The notes under the pieces are model-generated. The model searched no databases. It had not been told where the DNA came from and saw only the letters and a list, made by a program, of their open reading frames with translations. Positions 29,352-38,919 of a stretch of DNA of 64,000 nt are shown one piece after another. The stretch is from Obrimoposthia wandeli (taxonomy: Eukaryota): the NCBI GenBank assembly GCA_977020255.1, contig CDROCS010002469.1, positions 62,001 through 126,000 on the forward strand. The letters are read 5' to 3'. Positions within the stretch are counted from its first letter, which is position 1, and every line of letters starts with the position of its first letter. A program made the position numbers and the translations under genes.

Positions 29352-31403
29352 CTAAAAAACTACATTCACCAATGGAATAAGCACCGCCAAAAACAGCAGA
29401 GTCATAATGCCGCCAGCCTTAATAAAGTCAAACACTTTGTAACCCCCGGGGCCCATAATTAATGCATTAACTTGATGCGTAGGAATTAAAAAAGCATTGG
29501 AAGTTGCAAGCGCAACTATCAATGCAAAAACCGCCGGGTCACCGCCTGCACCAATCGCTATATTTATTGCAAGGGGCACCAATAGTACGGTAGCACCTAC
29601 ATTAGACATCACTAGTGAAAATAATGTCGCCAGCACTGCCACAGCGAGTTGTAGCCCCCAAATAGGCACACCGTCTAAAATTTCTAGGGTATTATTAGCG
29701 ATCCAAGCGGCTGTTCCACTATTTTGCACCGCCATGCCCAAAGGAATTAAACTAGCTAACAGAAAAACGGTTTTCCAACTTACCGCTTTATATGCTTCAT
29801 CAATACTAATAACGTTACTTATAACCATGCCTAAAGCACCGGTTAATAAGGCAATAGATAAACGTACATCCGTAAATAACACCATGCTGATCGCGATTGT
29901 AAAGAAAGTCAAAGCCCAACCTACCTTATGAGGGCGTAACTCTTCTATTGGGTAATCTTTATTGACAACCACATAATCTCTGTTCCCCTCTAAACGTGAC
30001 AATGCATCCCAAGTAGTATGACAAATCATCGTATCGCCCGCTTGAAAAGGTATTGCTCTAACATTATCTCCAGCTTGAGTGGTTTTCCCTGCTCTGTGTA
30101 ACCCCATTAAAGACATGCCTGTTGAGTTACGCAAACGCAGATCAATCGCTGATTTACCAATTAGCTTAGATCCAGGCGGTATAACTATTTCTGCAATGCC
30201 CGCTTTTTGCGCACTCAATGTATCCGCGAATGAATCCATTTCAGGTCTAAGTTGCAGTGTATATTTATTACAGAAAGCACCAAGTTGTACAGGTGTTCCC
30301 ATAACGCCCAATACTGTATTTGCATCAATGCCAACTGTTCGATCTAAGCCACCTGGGCCAATACGTAGACTTCCATTTGGAAATTGTGCAGCAATAACTC
30401 TGACACCATTTGGAGATTCCAACGACTCTAAGCTATTGCCAATTAAATCGCTGTCAAAGGGTACGAGTATTTCTACCAAACCGTAATCTAAGCCATACGT
30501 TTCTTTAAAATATGCCATAGGTGAAGAAGAATCTGCTTCATCTTGCATTTCAGCTTTAGGTAATACAAAACGTCCTAAGACCACGAAATAGATTATCCCT
30601 ACTAATATCAAACAAATCCCGATTGGCGTGACTGAAAATAGCCCCCATTGCTCCATTTGTTGATCAGCAGGTAAGGTTTGATTAGACGCTATCATCAAAT
30701 CGTTAAGCAAAATTAAAGGGCTAGAACCTATCATGGTCATAGTACCCCCTAATATCGCGCAAAAACCCATCGGCATTAATAACCGGCTCATTGGTATGTT
30801 TGCTCGCGCACTAATACGACCAACAACAGGAATAAAGAGTGCCGCCGCACCTACGTTTTGCATGAAGCTTGAAATAAAGGCTACGGTAGAGGAGATGATT
30901 GGAATGATGCGCTGTTCAGAAGTCCCTCCCACTTTTAGAATGACTTGAGCAACTTTTCCCATTAATCCAGTTTTATCTAGACCTGCACCGATAATCATTA
31001 CTGCAATAATTGAGATAACTGCGTTTGAAGAAAACCCGACAAACAGCTTTTCAGGATTAACAAGGCCCTCTTCTAATCCAATATACGGCGCTAGTAATGA
31101 AGTTAACCCAAGAAAAACCATTACACATATTGCAGCGATATCAATGCGCACCACTTCAAAGGCGAACAAATAGATGGTCATTAATAAAACACCTACCACC
31201 CAGGCAATTTGAATAGTAGGGACGAAAGCACTCACGGTTATGGCTAATAGTATGAAGACGACCGCACCTATTCCCTCCTTGATGGGCAAACTCGAGATTT
31301 CTTCAAAATATGTTTTGGAATTCGATACTGCAAACATATCTTTTTTTTCTACTGGCTGGCCTTCATTTGAAACTGGAGAGTTTACGCTTTTCGCTTCCGA
31401 CAT
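29352..31403 (-). CDS. SLC13/DASS-family permease with TrkA-C domains
   Basis: SSFMQNVGA, GGTMTMIGSSPLIL, SNVGATVLL and PTHQVNALIMGPGGY motifs, with a central soluble RCK_C region. Confidence 0.88.
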   Translation of the reverse strand: MSEAKSVNSPVSNEGQPVEKKDMFAVSNSKTYFEEISSLPIKEGIGAVVFILLAITVSAFVPTIQIAWVVGVLLMTIYLFAFEVVRIDIAAICVMVFLGLTSLLAPYIGLEEGLVNPEKLFVGFSSNAVISIIAVMIIGAGLDKTGLMGKVAQVILKVGGTSEQRIIPIISSTVAFISSFMQNVGAAALFIPVVGRISARANIPMSRLLMPMGFCAILGGTMTMIGSSPLILLNDLMIASNQTLPADQQMEQWGLFSVTPIGICLILVGIIYFVVLGRFVLPKAEMQDEADSSSPMAYFKETYGLDYGLVEILVPFDSDLIGNSLESLESPNGVRVIAAQFPNGSLRIGPGGLDRTVGIDANTVLGVMGTPVQLGAFCNKYTLQLRPEMDSFADTLSAQKAGIAEIVIPPGSKLIGKSAIDLRLRNSTGMSLMGLHRAGKTTQAGDNVRAIPFQAGDTMICHTTWDALSRLEGNRDYVVVNKDYPIEELRPHKVGWALTFFTIAISMVLFTDVRLSIALLTGALGMVISNVISIDEAYKAVSWKTVFLLASLIPLGMAVQNSGTAAWIANNTLEILDGVPIWGLQLAVAVLATLFSLVMSNVGATVLLVPLAINIAIGAGGDPAVFALIVALATSNAFLIPTHQVNALIMGPGGYKVFDFIKAGGIMTLLFLAVLIPLVNVVF

Positions 31404-31564
31404 CAGTTAATCACCTTTGAGACAAATTTTTAAATGTTTCTTAACATCAATATATAGTTATTAAAACAATAGCTTCAACACATAAGCATACGCCTGAAAG
31501 CCCATACTAAACTATTCTAGGTAATTTGTGATATTCTTTAAAACGAAATTAACTGTTCTTCAGA

Positions 31565-31579
31565 TTCGATTTATTCGAA
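31565..31579. promoter_or_regulatory. Putative LysR recognition site (T-N11-A dyad)
   Basis: TTCGA-tttat-TCGAA between the divergent transporter and LysR genes. Confidence 0.45.
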
Positions 31580-31768
31580 CATGGTTTATTTTCTTATATT
31601 TACTTAAATTCAATAGGTAAACGCATGACTAATAATCTCCAATACAATCGCTATTTTTATGAGTTCCACAGCAACTTTAAACATAACGAAGAGAATAATA
31701 ACTTAAGCTAAAAAACTCATTACTAATAATTTAGGCCAAGCCTAACCCACACTAAAGAAGCTCAATAT

Positions 31769-32602
31769 ATGGATACATTACTATTAAAAACATTTCTAGA
31801 GGTTACCCGCACGAGGCACTTTGCAAAAGCAGCTGAGAATTTACATGTCGCACCTTCAACTGTTAGTACTCGAATCCGCCAACTCGAACAATCTTTAGGG
31901 CTTAACCTGTTAGTACGCAACCATCAAAAAGTGATAGTCACACCAGCCGGGGAGCGTTTAATTAAACACGCTCGGTTAATACTCAATGCCTGGGATAGAG
32001 CTTACGAAGATGTAGCCTTATCTGAGCAACTCAAAAAGCGCTTAGTTGTGGCCGGCCCTTCTAGTTTATGGGACATTTTTCTACAGTCTTGGTTAAATTC
32101 TTTATATCAAAATAATACTAAAATCGGCATAAGAGCGGAAGAAAGCACCCCGCAGCGTGTTATTGAAAAGCTCGATAGAAGGTTAATCGACATTGGTTTT
32201 CTTTATGAGCAACCTAAAATACAAGATATGGTGGTTACGCAGGTAAAAGATATAACTTTGATTCTCGTTTCTAATCTTAGTAAGCAAACAGCGCATTCAG
32301 CCATGTCTGAAGGTTATATTCGGGTGGAATGGGGAACAACCTTCAATGTTTTGCATGAAGCGCATTTTATTGACAGGCCTTTAGCCGCCGTAAGAGTCAA
32401 CAGCGCGCGTATCGCATTGAATTTAATATTAAATGCGGCAGGTGCAGCTTATTTACCGAATGTGATGGTGAGTCAGTATTTAGAAAACGGGCAATTGTTT
32501 GAAGTGATTGACGCGCCAAAAATACCGTTAAAAGCCTTCGCCGCATATTCGTTACACGGCGAAAACACAGAGCTAATAAAAGAACTTTTGAAAATTATTT
32601 AA
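31769..32602 (+). CDS. LysR family regulator (HdfR-like)
   Basis: MDTLLLKTFLEVTRTRHFAKAAENLHVAPSTVSTRIRQLE HTH. Confidence 0.92.
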   Translation: MDTLLLKTFLEVTRTRHFAKAAENLHVAPSTVSTRIRQLEQSLGLNLLVRNHQKVIVTPAGERLIKHARLILNAWDRAYEDVALSEQLKKRLVVAGPSSLWDIFLQSWLNSLYQNNTKIGIRAEESTPQRVIEKLDRRLIDIGFLYEQPKIQDMVVTQVKDITLILVSNLSKQTAHSAMSEGYIRVEWGTTFNVLHEAHFIDRPLAAVRVNSARIALNLILNAAGAAYLPNVMVSQYLENGQLFEVIDAPKIPLKAFAAYSLHGENTELIKELLKII

Positions 32603-33965
32603 ATATTCTGCTAGCCCATAAAGTTAATCCGCTGGTAACACTACCAAAGTGATCGCCATTCACAATTTCGATGTCGCCAATTTGCTCAGCAATCGCTTGT
32701 CTAATCACTGGTGATTTAGCAGATCCACCGGTTATGTAGATCACATCTGGCTTTATGCCCGCCTGTTCAATGGTTTCACTCATTAGTGAAATCATTTTCT
32801 TAAGCGGTCTTCGAACTGCATCTTGTAATTGATCAAAAGCCACTTGGCTAGTTAAGCTCTCTTCAATAAAACTTAAGTCTACACTTGTATCGCTCATGTC
32901 AGACAAATTAATTTTAGTTTGCTCAGCACTTCTAACCAATTGTTGGTTAAGCTTGTTTTTTCTTAAGTGATGAAAGCGCTGCATTAGTTGCGGCTCAGTG
33001 GTATCTCTTAATAGTTGTTCAAGTAACAAACTGGTTTCCAACTTATTAAACTCAGCTTGCGCGCCTAAATCGTTAGTACTCACTGCGTTCCAATAAGCTT
33101 GAGTTGGCATTGGTAATCCACTTTTTAGCACACTATTCATGCCTAATAATGGCATCAAGGCTCGAGCGGCAACCTGTATATCAAAATCGTTGCCTCCTAC
33201 TCGCTCACCGACGTGTCCTAGAAAATCTGCTTTTCTATCGATTTTATTTATATGCTTAGGTCCCATTTGAACCATAGCGCAATCACTTGTTCCGCCTCCA
33301 ATATCAACCACTAACACATTTTTTTGACAAGATAGTTCGCGCTCAAAATCAAAGCCCGCGGCAATAGGTTCATACAAAAATTCTACTTCTTTAAACCCTG
33401 CTCTTTTAGCTGCGGTTTCCAAGATGCCCAGTGCTTGTATATTACTGGTTTCAGAATTTACCCCTTGAAAGTTCACTGGGCGTCCAATAACGGTATGCGA
33501 TAAATCTGACTCACTATGCATCTGCGCTTGCTGTTTAATATGCAGCATCATTACTGTAACGATATCTTCAAAAAACTGAATATAATTATCACGCACGCCT
33601 TTTGCGCCTAAGAAGGATTTTGCCGATTTAACGAAATACCCCTCTCCTGCATAGGCAAAGTATTGATCAAAAGCTGCACGTCCGAAAAACAAGCTTTGCT
33701 CATCTTCCCTAATACTTTCTTCTAGCCGAAAGCGGCTGGCAAGGTTTAAGCCCCCTTGCCGAGCTTGCATGTATTGCTGTTGCATATTCTCATCAACGAT
33801 GTTTTTTGCAACTTGTTCGCATATCAACTCTCGCCCCAAAGCATATACCGTAGAGGGTAAGAACGCGTGACCATTTTCTAAAGGAAGCAGCACTGGCTGT
33901 TGATTATCTGGGCTCATTACGCCAATAGCGCAGTTAGATGTACCGTAGTCAAAACCTGATATCAT
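32595..33965 (-). CDS. yegD: Hsp70-family chaperone YegD
   Basis: GFDYGTSNC, VIGRPVNF, LYEPIAA, VVDIGGGTSDC and TGGSAKSP motifs. Start MISGFD at 33965. Confidence 0.92.
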   Translation of the reverse strand: MISGFDYGTSNCAIGVMSPDNQQPVLLPLENGHAFLPSTVYALGRELICEQVAKNIVDENMQQQYMQARQGGLNLASRFRLEESIREDEQSLFFGRAAFDQYFAYAGEGYFVKSAKSFLGAKGVRDNYIQFFEDIVTVMMLHIKQQAQMHSESDLSHTVIGRPVNFQGVNSETSNIQALGILETAAKRAGFKEVEFLYEPIAAGFDFERELSCQKNVLVVDIGGGTSDCAMVQMGPKHINKIDRKADFLGHVGERVGGNDFDIQVAARALMPLLGMNSVLKSGLPMPTQAYWNAVSTNDLGAQAEFNKLETSLLLEQLLRDTTEPQLMQRFHHLRKNKLNQQLVRSAEQTKINLSDMSDTSVDLSFIEESLTSQVAFDQLQDAVRRPLKKMISLMSETIEQAGIKPDVIYITGGSAKSPVIRQAIAEQIGDIEIVNGDHFGSVTSGLTLWASRIFK

Positions 33966-34236
33966 AAAAAATCTCAATACTGTTAAAAAAGCGCTGCAAA
34001 ATAGCATAGCTGACAAGCCCTTTCCTAGCTATTTTTGACTTAGAGTTTCAGCTCACGGCAATAACCGCTTTTTACACGTTAAACCCTAAGCTAATTATAG
34101 TATTTATTAAATAATCTATTAATAAGTGTAAATTTCAACCCATCTTCAAATGTACATAAATACCACTCGACCTCAGCTTGATTCCAAGGTAGTTTATCCC
34201 TCCTTATTTCCCTTTGATGACTATTTTGGAGCATAA

Positions 34237-35517
34237 ATGCAAAGCTTAACACTACAGCCTATTACTAAGGTTGAAGGAACTGTCCAGATCCCAGGATCTA
34301 AAAGCTTATCCAATCGAATTTTGCTACTTGCAGCTTTAGCAGAAGGCGAAACTATTATCACTAATTTGCTAGATAGCGATGATATTCGCAGAATGTTGGA
34401 ATCACTGACTAAGTTAGGCGTAAGTTATCAACTGAATGCAGATAAAACAGTTTGTACTGTACAAGGCCTTGGCAAAAAATTTAACACAGCAGATACGAAG
34501 CTGTTTTTAGGTAATGCTGGCACCGCTATGCGCCCCATCACTGCCATGCTTTGTGCTAGCGATGGTGACTATGAACTAACAGGCGATCCGCGCATGTACG
34601 AGCGCCCAATTGGTGATTTAGTTGATGCATTACGCCAACTCGGCGCACAGGTTGAATATTTAAAAGACGAAAACTATCCCCCTTTAAAAATAATCGGCAC
34701 CGGCCTAAAAGGCGGAGATGTATCGATAAAAGGCAGTATCTCTAGTCAATTTTTAACGGCTTTGTTAATGGCAGCCCCCTTTGCTGAAGATGATCTAAAC
34801 ATTGTGATTGAAGGGGATTTAGTTTCAAAGCCATATATTGATATCACACTGGATGTTATGCAATCGTTTGGTATTCAAGTGGCGAATGACAATTATCAGC
34901 GCTTCACTATTAAAGCTGGTCAAAGTTACCGCTCACCTGGAAGCATTATGGTTGAAGGTGATGCGTCTTCAGCATCATATTTTCTGGCAGCAGCAGCCAT
35001 CAAAGGCGGAACCGTAAGAGTCGATGGCGTAGGCGAACTTAGTGTACAAGGCGACAGACTCTTCGCTGACGTTCTAAAGGCTATGGGAGCTAAAGTTTTT
35101 TATGGGCCTAATTACATTGAAGTAAGTTATGATAAGCCGCTTAATGGCGTAGATTTAGATTTAAATCATATTCCCGATGCAGCAATGACTATCGCAACGA
35201 CGGCCCTTTTTGCCAAAGGCGTTACTAAAATCCGTAACATCTATAACTGGCGCGTAAAAGAAACAGATCGCCTTAGCGCAATGGCCACTGAATTGCGCAA
35301 AGTGGGTGCCTTAGTGATAGAAGGAGATGATTTTATCGAGATCACCCCGCCAGAGCAGCTAATACACGCTGCTATTGATACTTATGATGATCATCGTATG
35401 GCAATGTGCTTCGCTTTAGTGGCGTTAAGTGACACTGCTGTGACTATCAATGACCCAGGTTGCACCGCAAAAACGCTACCGAAATTTTTCGAGCTATTTA
35501 AAAGTATTAGTCGTTAA
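34237..35517 (+). CDS. aroA: 3-phosphoshikimate 1-carboxyvinyltransferase
   Basis: [35 protein letters not shown] and DDHRMAM motifs. Confidence 0.97.
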   Translation: MQSLTLQPITKVEGTVQIPGSKSLSNRILLLAALAEGETIITNLLDSDDIRRMLESLTKLGVSYQLNADKTVCTVQGLGKKFNTADTKLFLGNAGTAMRPITAMLCASDGDYELTGDPRMYERPIGDLVDALRQLGAQVEYLKDENYPPLKIIGTGLKGGDVSIKGSISSQFLTALLMAAPFAEDDLNIVIEGDLVSKPYIDITLDVMQSFGIQVANDNYQRFTIKAGQSYRSPGSIMVEGDASSASYFLAAAAIKGGTVRVDGVGELSVQGDRLFADVLKAMGAKVFYGPNYIEVSYDKPLNGVDLDLNHIPDAAMTIATTALFAKGVTKIRNIYNWRVKETDRLSAMATELRKVGALVIEGDDFIEITPPEQLIHAAIDTYDDHRMAMCFALVALSDTAVTINDPGCTAKTLPKFFELFKSISR

Positions 35518-35602
35518 CAGTAATTGTTGTCAGAAGCACCAATAAATAATGCTGTGCTATAGTTTTATTCTTGTGAATTATAATTAGCGACGATTTTTTT
35601 GC

Positions 35603-35631
35603 AAAAAAAAGGGTAACCCAATGGGTTACCC
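35603..35631 (-). terminator. Rho-independent terminator of the putative sRNA
   Basis: Minus strand GGGTAACCC-att-GGGTTACCC-TTTTTTTT. Confidence 0.85.
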
Positions 35632-35729
35632 GAAAATGACAAGAACCGTGTATTCACATTTAACTTGATAGACAAATGAAATATGAAAAGTGAAGCTAAC
35701 TTATTAATCTAACAAGTTACCTTGCGAGC
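35603..35729 (-). ncRNA. Putative Fur-regulated small RNA (PrrF/RyhB functional class), ~127 nt
   Basis: A sigma70 promoter overlapped by a Fur box lies upstream and a strong terminator downstream. There is no ORF. The pre-terminator segment ATCAAG...CACGGTTCTTG resembles the PrrF 3' core (ATCAGG...CACGGTTTTTG). Confidence 0.72.
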
Positions 35730-35735
35730 AAAAGA

Positions 35736-35764
35736 ATAATACCGATAATGAGAACGATTTACAA
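35736..35764 (-). promoter_or_regulatory. sigma70 promoter (TTGTAA-N17-TATTAT) overlapped by a Fur box
   Basis: -35 at 35764-35759 and -10 at 35741-35736. Fur box GATAATGAGAACGATTTAC (35744-35762) matches 14/19 of GATAATGATAATCATTATC. Confidence 0.75.
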
Positions 35765-36306
35765 TAGCATTACCGATTTATTTCGATATTTCCTGATACC
35801 TCATCCAACAAGTTATACAACTTTAATACCTTCAGTATTAACTCAACAAGCTTACCGTTAAATTTCTGACTCTTTGAAAGCACTGAAGCACTGAAGCACT
35901 GAAAGCAATCTACTATTCCTTAATTCTTAGATTTGTAATAAAATTTTTCAAAGAGCAGTTACACATCAATAGCACCAATATTTTCGATTAGCCTTTATCA
36001 ATAGATAGCTAAAAGTTAGAAATACATCAACTTTATAATCATCATAAAGGATATTCTATTTGAGGCGCACACTGGGTCTGCGAAAGTAATAACGCATGAT
36101 TACTTCAAAACTATGCTATTAATTGAATCCATAGCATTGAGGCTAAAGAAGAGCTTTTATCGGAAGGTAACTATAAGGTTTTTATTTAGAGGTTTTTATC
36201 AACACTCGATGAGACTAATCATCATTGCTTAGAGTACCTTGATCTTGATAAACAGTTTAAATGCACAATCCATTTTTACTATAATACTGCTTTTAAAACT
36301 TAAGTA

Positions 36307-36332
36307 TTAGCCTGTTATTACTAACAGGCTAA
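36307..36332 (-). terminator. Hairpin downstream of ppiD
   Basis: TTAGCCTGTTA-ttac-TAACAGGCTAA. Confidence 0.6.
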
Positions 36333-36345
36333 CTTGAGCTGCTAT

Positions 36346-38232
36346 TTATAAGCGCTCTATCTCAGCAGCCGTTTGTGTTTGCGTCACAAAGGTTTGGTAA
36401 GCTTGATTACCTAAACGTGCTGCTAATGCACTATTAATTGCTTTTAACTCTTCTTCAGAAAGAGCGGATAAGTCTGCATCATTAACACTATCAACGATAA
36501 CAATTGCTAAACTTTTATCAGCTAAAACAACTGAATCAACAGATACTTTACCTTCTTTAGGGTGTGGTAAAGAGAAAGCTTTGTTAATCACTTGAGCAGG
36601 AGCTTCATCTGAAATGCGAGTAGCTTTTAGCTGTGTTTTTAATTCAAAATCCGCAGCAGAGGCAGTTGCATCACCTGTTTTCTTAATCTCTTGAATGGCA
36701 CTTGCTGCTCGCTCTTCTAACTGTAAGGAAGCTTTTGTTGTGAGTAGCTCATCCTTTAACTGCACAGCAACTTCATCAAACGCTTGTGCTCTAACCGGTA
36801 AGTGCTCTTTAACACGTATTACCACTGCATTTTGTTGATCGATTTCAAGAGGAGCACTGTTTAAGCTATCTTTTAAAACTTCATCGCTGAAGGCCGCTCT
36901 AATAACTTTTGAATTTTGTGATAATAACTCACTACCACCTGCTTTAGTAAAAGCAGGTAATAACTTTATTTCTAACGTTAGCTCGGCTGCGATTTCACTT
37001 AAATCACTACTAATAAAAGCTAAATCTGTTAGTTTCTCTAACTGTTCAAGATACAACTGTTCTGCTTTGCTACTTTTTAAGCTAGTGACAATCTTGGCTT
37101 TAGAATCAGTTAAAGATGGCGCTTCACTTGAAATTACTTTCAGCACTTTAATCAGGTGATAACCGCTTTCTGATTTAATTGGCTGTGAAATCTCACTTTG
37201 TGCTAAAGAAAAAAGGCTTTGCTCAAAATCTGCTTCAAAAGTTCCCTTTACAACAATACCTAGATCACCACCATTTTCTGCACTACCAAAATCATTCGAG
37301 ACTTCTTTAGCAATACTTGAAAAATCTTCTCCGGCATCTAATCGAGCTTTAACAGCCGTTATTTTTTCTAATGCTGCAGCATCATTTAGAGAGTCATCAA
37401 CTTCTATTAAGATATGCGCAGCTTGGCGTTGCTCTTGTGATTCAAAATTAGCCACTATCTGCTGGTATTCGCTATCTATTTCAGCATCGGTTAATACTAT
37501 TGAGGCTAACAGTGTTTGCTGGTCAAGTTGAACATATTCTATTGCTACTTGCTCAGTCGTATTAAGGCTGTTTTTACGCGCCTCAAATTCAGCCTTAACC
37601 TCTTCATCAGAAACAGAAGTTAATTCACGTACTTTTTCAATTGGCATAGAAAAATAACGAATATCTCTTTCTTGTCTATCTAGGTTTACAATGCGTTTTA
37701 CTGTGGATGGCATCACATAGCTTGAAAGCGCAAACCCGGCACGCTGTTGGCGAATTAACTGATCTTTACGCACTGATTCACGATAAGTTGAACGGGTAAA
37801 TCCAGCATTGCGAATGGCTGCATCAAATTGCGCCGGATTAAAAGCGCCCGCTACTTGAAATTCAGGGGTGTTGACAATGATATCGTCAATTGTTTTATCT
37901 GCTATGCGCATATCATTATCAGCGGCTTCTACTAATAATGCTTTTTGTTGAATGAGCGAATCCAGCACCATAGACTGTAAAATATTATCATCAATGCTAC
38001 TAGGATCTGCTTGCTCTCCCATACCCGCGAGAATAGAGCGCCTTTGTAACTGTGTCGCCTGATAGAGATCTCTTTCAGTGATTTCTTCACCGTTGACGGT
38101 TGCCGGTGCATTAGAGCCTTGCGTTAAGCCAACTAATGAGTCAACTCCAAACATAGCAAAAGTTAACACAATGAATCCAACAATAACTTTGGCTACTATA
38201 CCTTTAGAACTATCTCTAATGCCTTGCAGCAT
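36346..38232 (-). CDS. ppiD: Peptidyl-prolyl cis-trans isomerase D (SurA N-domain + parvulin)
   Basis: MLQGIRD, N-terminal TM, ATVNGEEIT, AAHILI, SAENGGDLG and GYHLIKV motifs; located downstream of lon-hupB. Confidence 0.93.
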   Translation of the reverse strand: MLQGIRDSSKGIVAKVIVGFIVLTFAMFGVDSLVGLTQGSNAPATVNGEEITERDLYQATQLQRRSILAGMGEQADPSSIDDNILQSMVLDSLIQQKALLVEAADNDMRIADKTIDDIIVNTPEFQVAGAFNPAQFDAAIRNAGFTRSTYRESVRKDQLIRQQRAGFALSSYVMPSTVKRIVNLDRQERDIRYFSMPIEKVRELTSVSDEEVKAEFEARKNSLNTTEQVAIEYVQLDQQTLLASIVLTDAEIDSEYQQIVANFESQEQRQAAHILIEVDDSLNDAAALEKITAVKARLDAGEDFSSIAKEVSNDFGSAENGGDLGIVVKGTFEADFEQSLFSLAQSEISQPIKSESGYHLIKVLKVISSEAPSLTDSKAKIVTSLKSSKAEQLYLEQLEKLTDLAFISSDLSEIAAELTLEIKLLPAFTKAGGSELLSQNSKVIRAAFSDEVLKDSLNSAPLEIDQQNAVVIRVKEHLPVRAQAFDEVAVQLKDELLTTKASLQLEERAASAIQEIKKTGDATASAADFELKTQLKATRISDEAPAQVINKAFSLPHPKEGKVSVDSVVLADKSLAIVIVDSVNDADLSALSEEELKAINSALAARLGNQAYQTFVTQTQTAAEIERL

Positions 38233-38328
38233 AACTACACCTCAAAAATCTTAAAAATGACTATTTAATTAACCTAAATTTGGTTGTACAACGATTAATC
38301 AACTAGTAGCGAATTTTCCTGATCGTTT

Positions 38329-38360
38329 AAAAAAAAAGGCGTATTCAATTGAATACGCCT
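38329..38360 (-). terminator. Terminator downstream of tRNA-Asp
   Basis: Minus strand AGGCGTATTC-aatt-GAATACGCCT followed by a T run. Confidence 0.8.
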
Positions 38361-38413
38361 ATCTGATAAAAGTTTCCTAGCACTAAATAAGAGAAAAACT
38401 AGGAAATTCTATT

Positions 38414-38490
38414 TGGCGGAATGGACGGGACTCGAACCCGCGACCCCCTGCGTGACAGGCAGGTATTCTAACCAACTGAACTACCACTCC
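38414..38490 (-). tRNA. tRNA-Asp (GTC)
   Basis: GGAGTGGTAGTTCAGTTGGTTAGAATACCTGCCTGTCACGCAGGGGGTCGCGGGTTCGAGTCCCGTCCATTCCGCCA; 77 nt, T-loop GTTCGAG, CCA end. Confidence 0.97.
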
Positions 38491-38505
38491 TTAAACTAAT
38501 ATGTC

Positions 38506-38781
38506 TTACTTATTTACCGCATCTTTCAAAGCTTTACCAGGCTTGAACGTTGGTAGTGTTGCAGCATTAATTTGGATCGGTTCACCTGTTTGTGGATTAC
38601 GACCTGTACGTGCTGCACGCTCTTTAACAGAGAATGTACCAAAACCTACTAATGCAACAGATTCTCCTTTAGTTAAAGTTTCTGTTACCGCTGCCATTGT
38701 TGCGTCTAATGCACGTCCAGCTGCTGCTTTTGGAATATCAGCAGATGCTGCAATTGCGTCAATTAATTCAGACTTGTTCAC
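38506..38781 (-). CDS. hupB: DNA-binding protein HU-beta
   Basis: [25 protein letters not shown] and [13 protein letters not shown] motifs; canonical lon-hupB-ppiD synteny. Confidence 0.95.
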   Translation of the reverse strand: MNKSELIDAIAASADIPKAAAGRALDATMAAVTETLTKGESVALVGFGTFSVKERAARTGRNPQTGEPIQINAATLPTFKPGKALKDAVNK

Positions 38782-38856
38782 AGTTTTCCCCTTTGTATAA
38801 TCGAGTCAATTATTATGTTGTTCTGTTATTTGGGCTCAGTATAAATACCAAGACAC

Positions 38857-38886
38857 TTTATACCAACTGATTGAAAGGGGTGTCAA
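38857..38886 (-). promoter_or_regulatory. sigma70 promoter of hupB
   Basis: TTGACA-N18-TATAAA with an extended -10 TG. Confidence 0.6.
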
Positions 38887-38919
38887 GCTCTGAACCCCTT
38901 ATTCTATCTAGTTTTCAGC

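Noticed and set aside
35880-35903. 3x GCACTGAA tandem repeat as a contingency locus
   Set aside because: It is short, intergenic and not within an identifiable promoter or gene.
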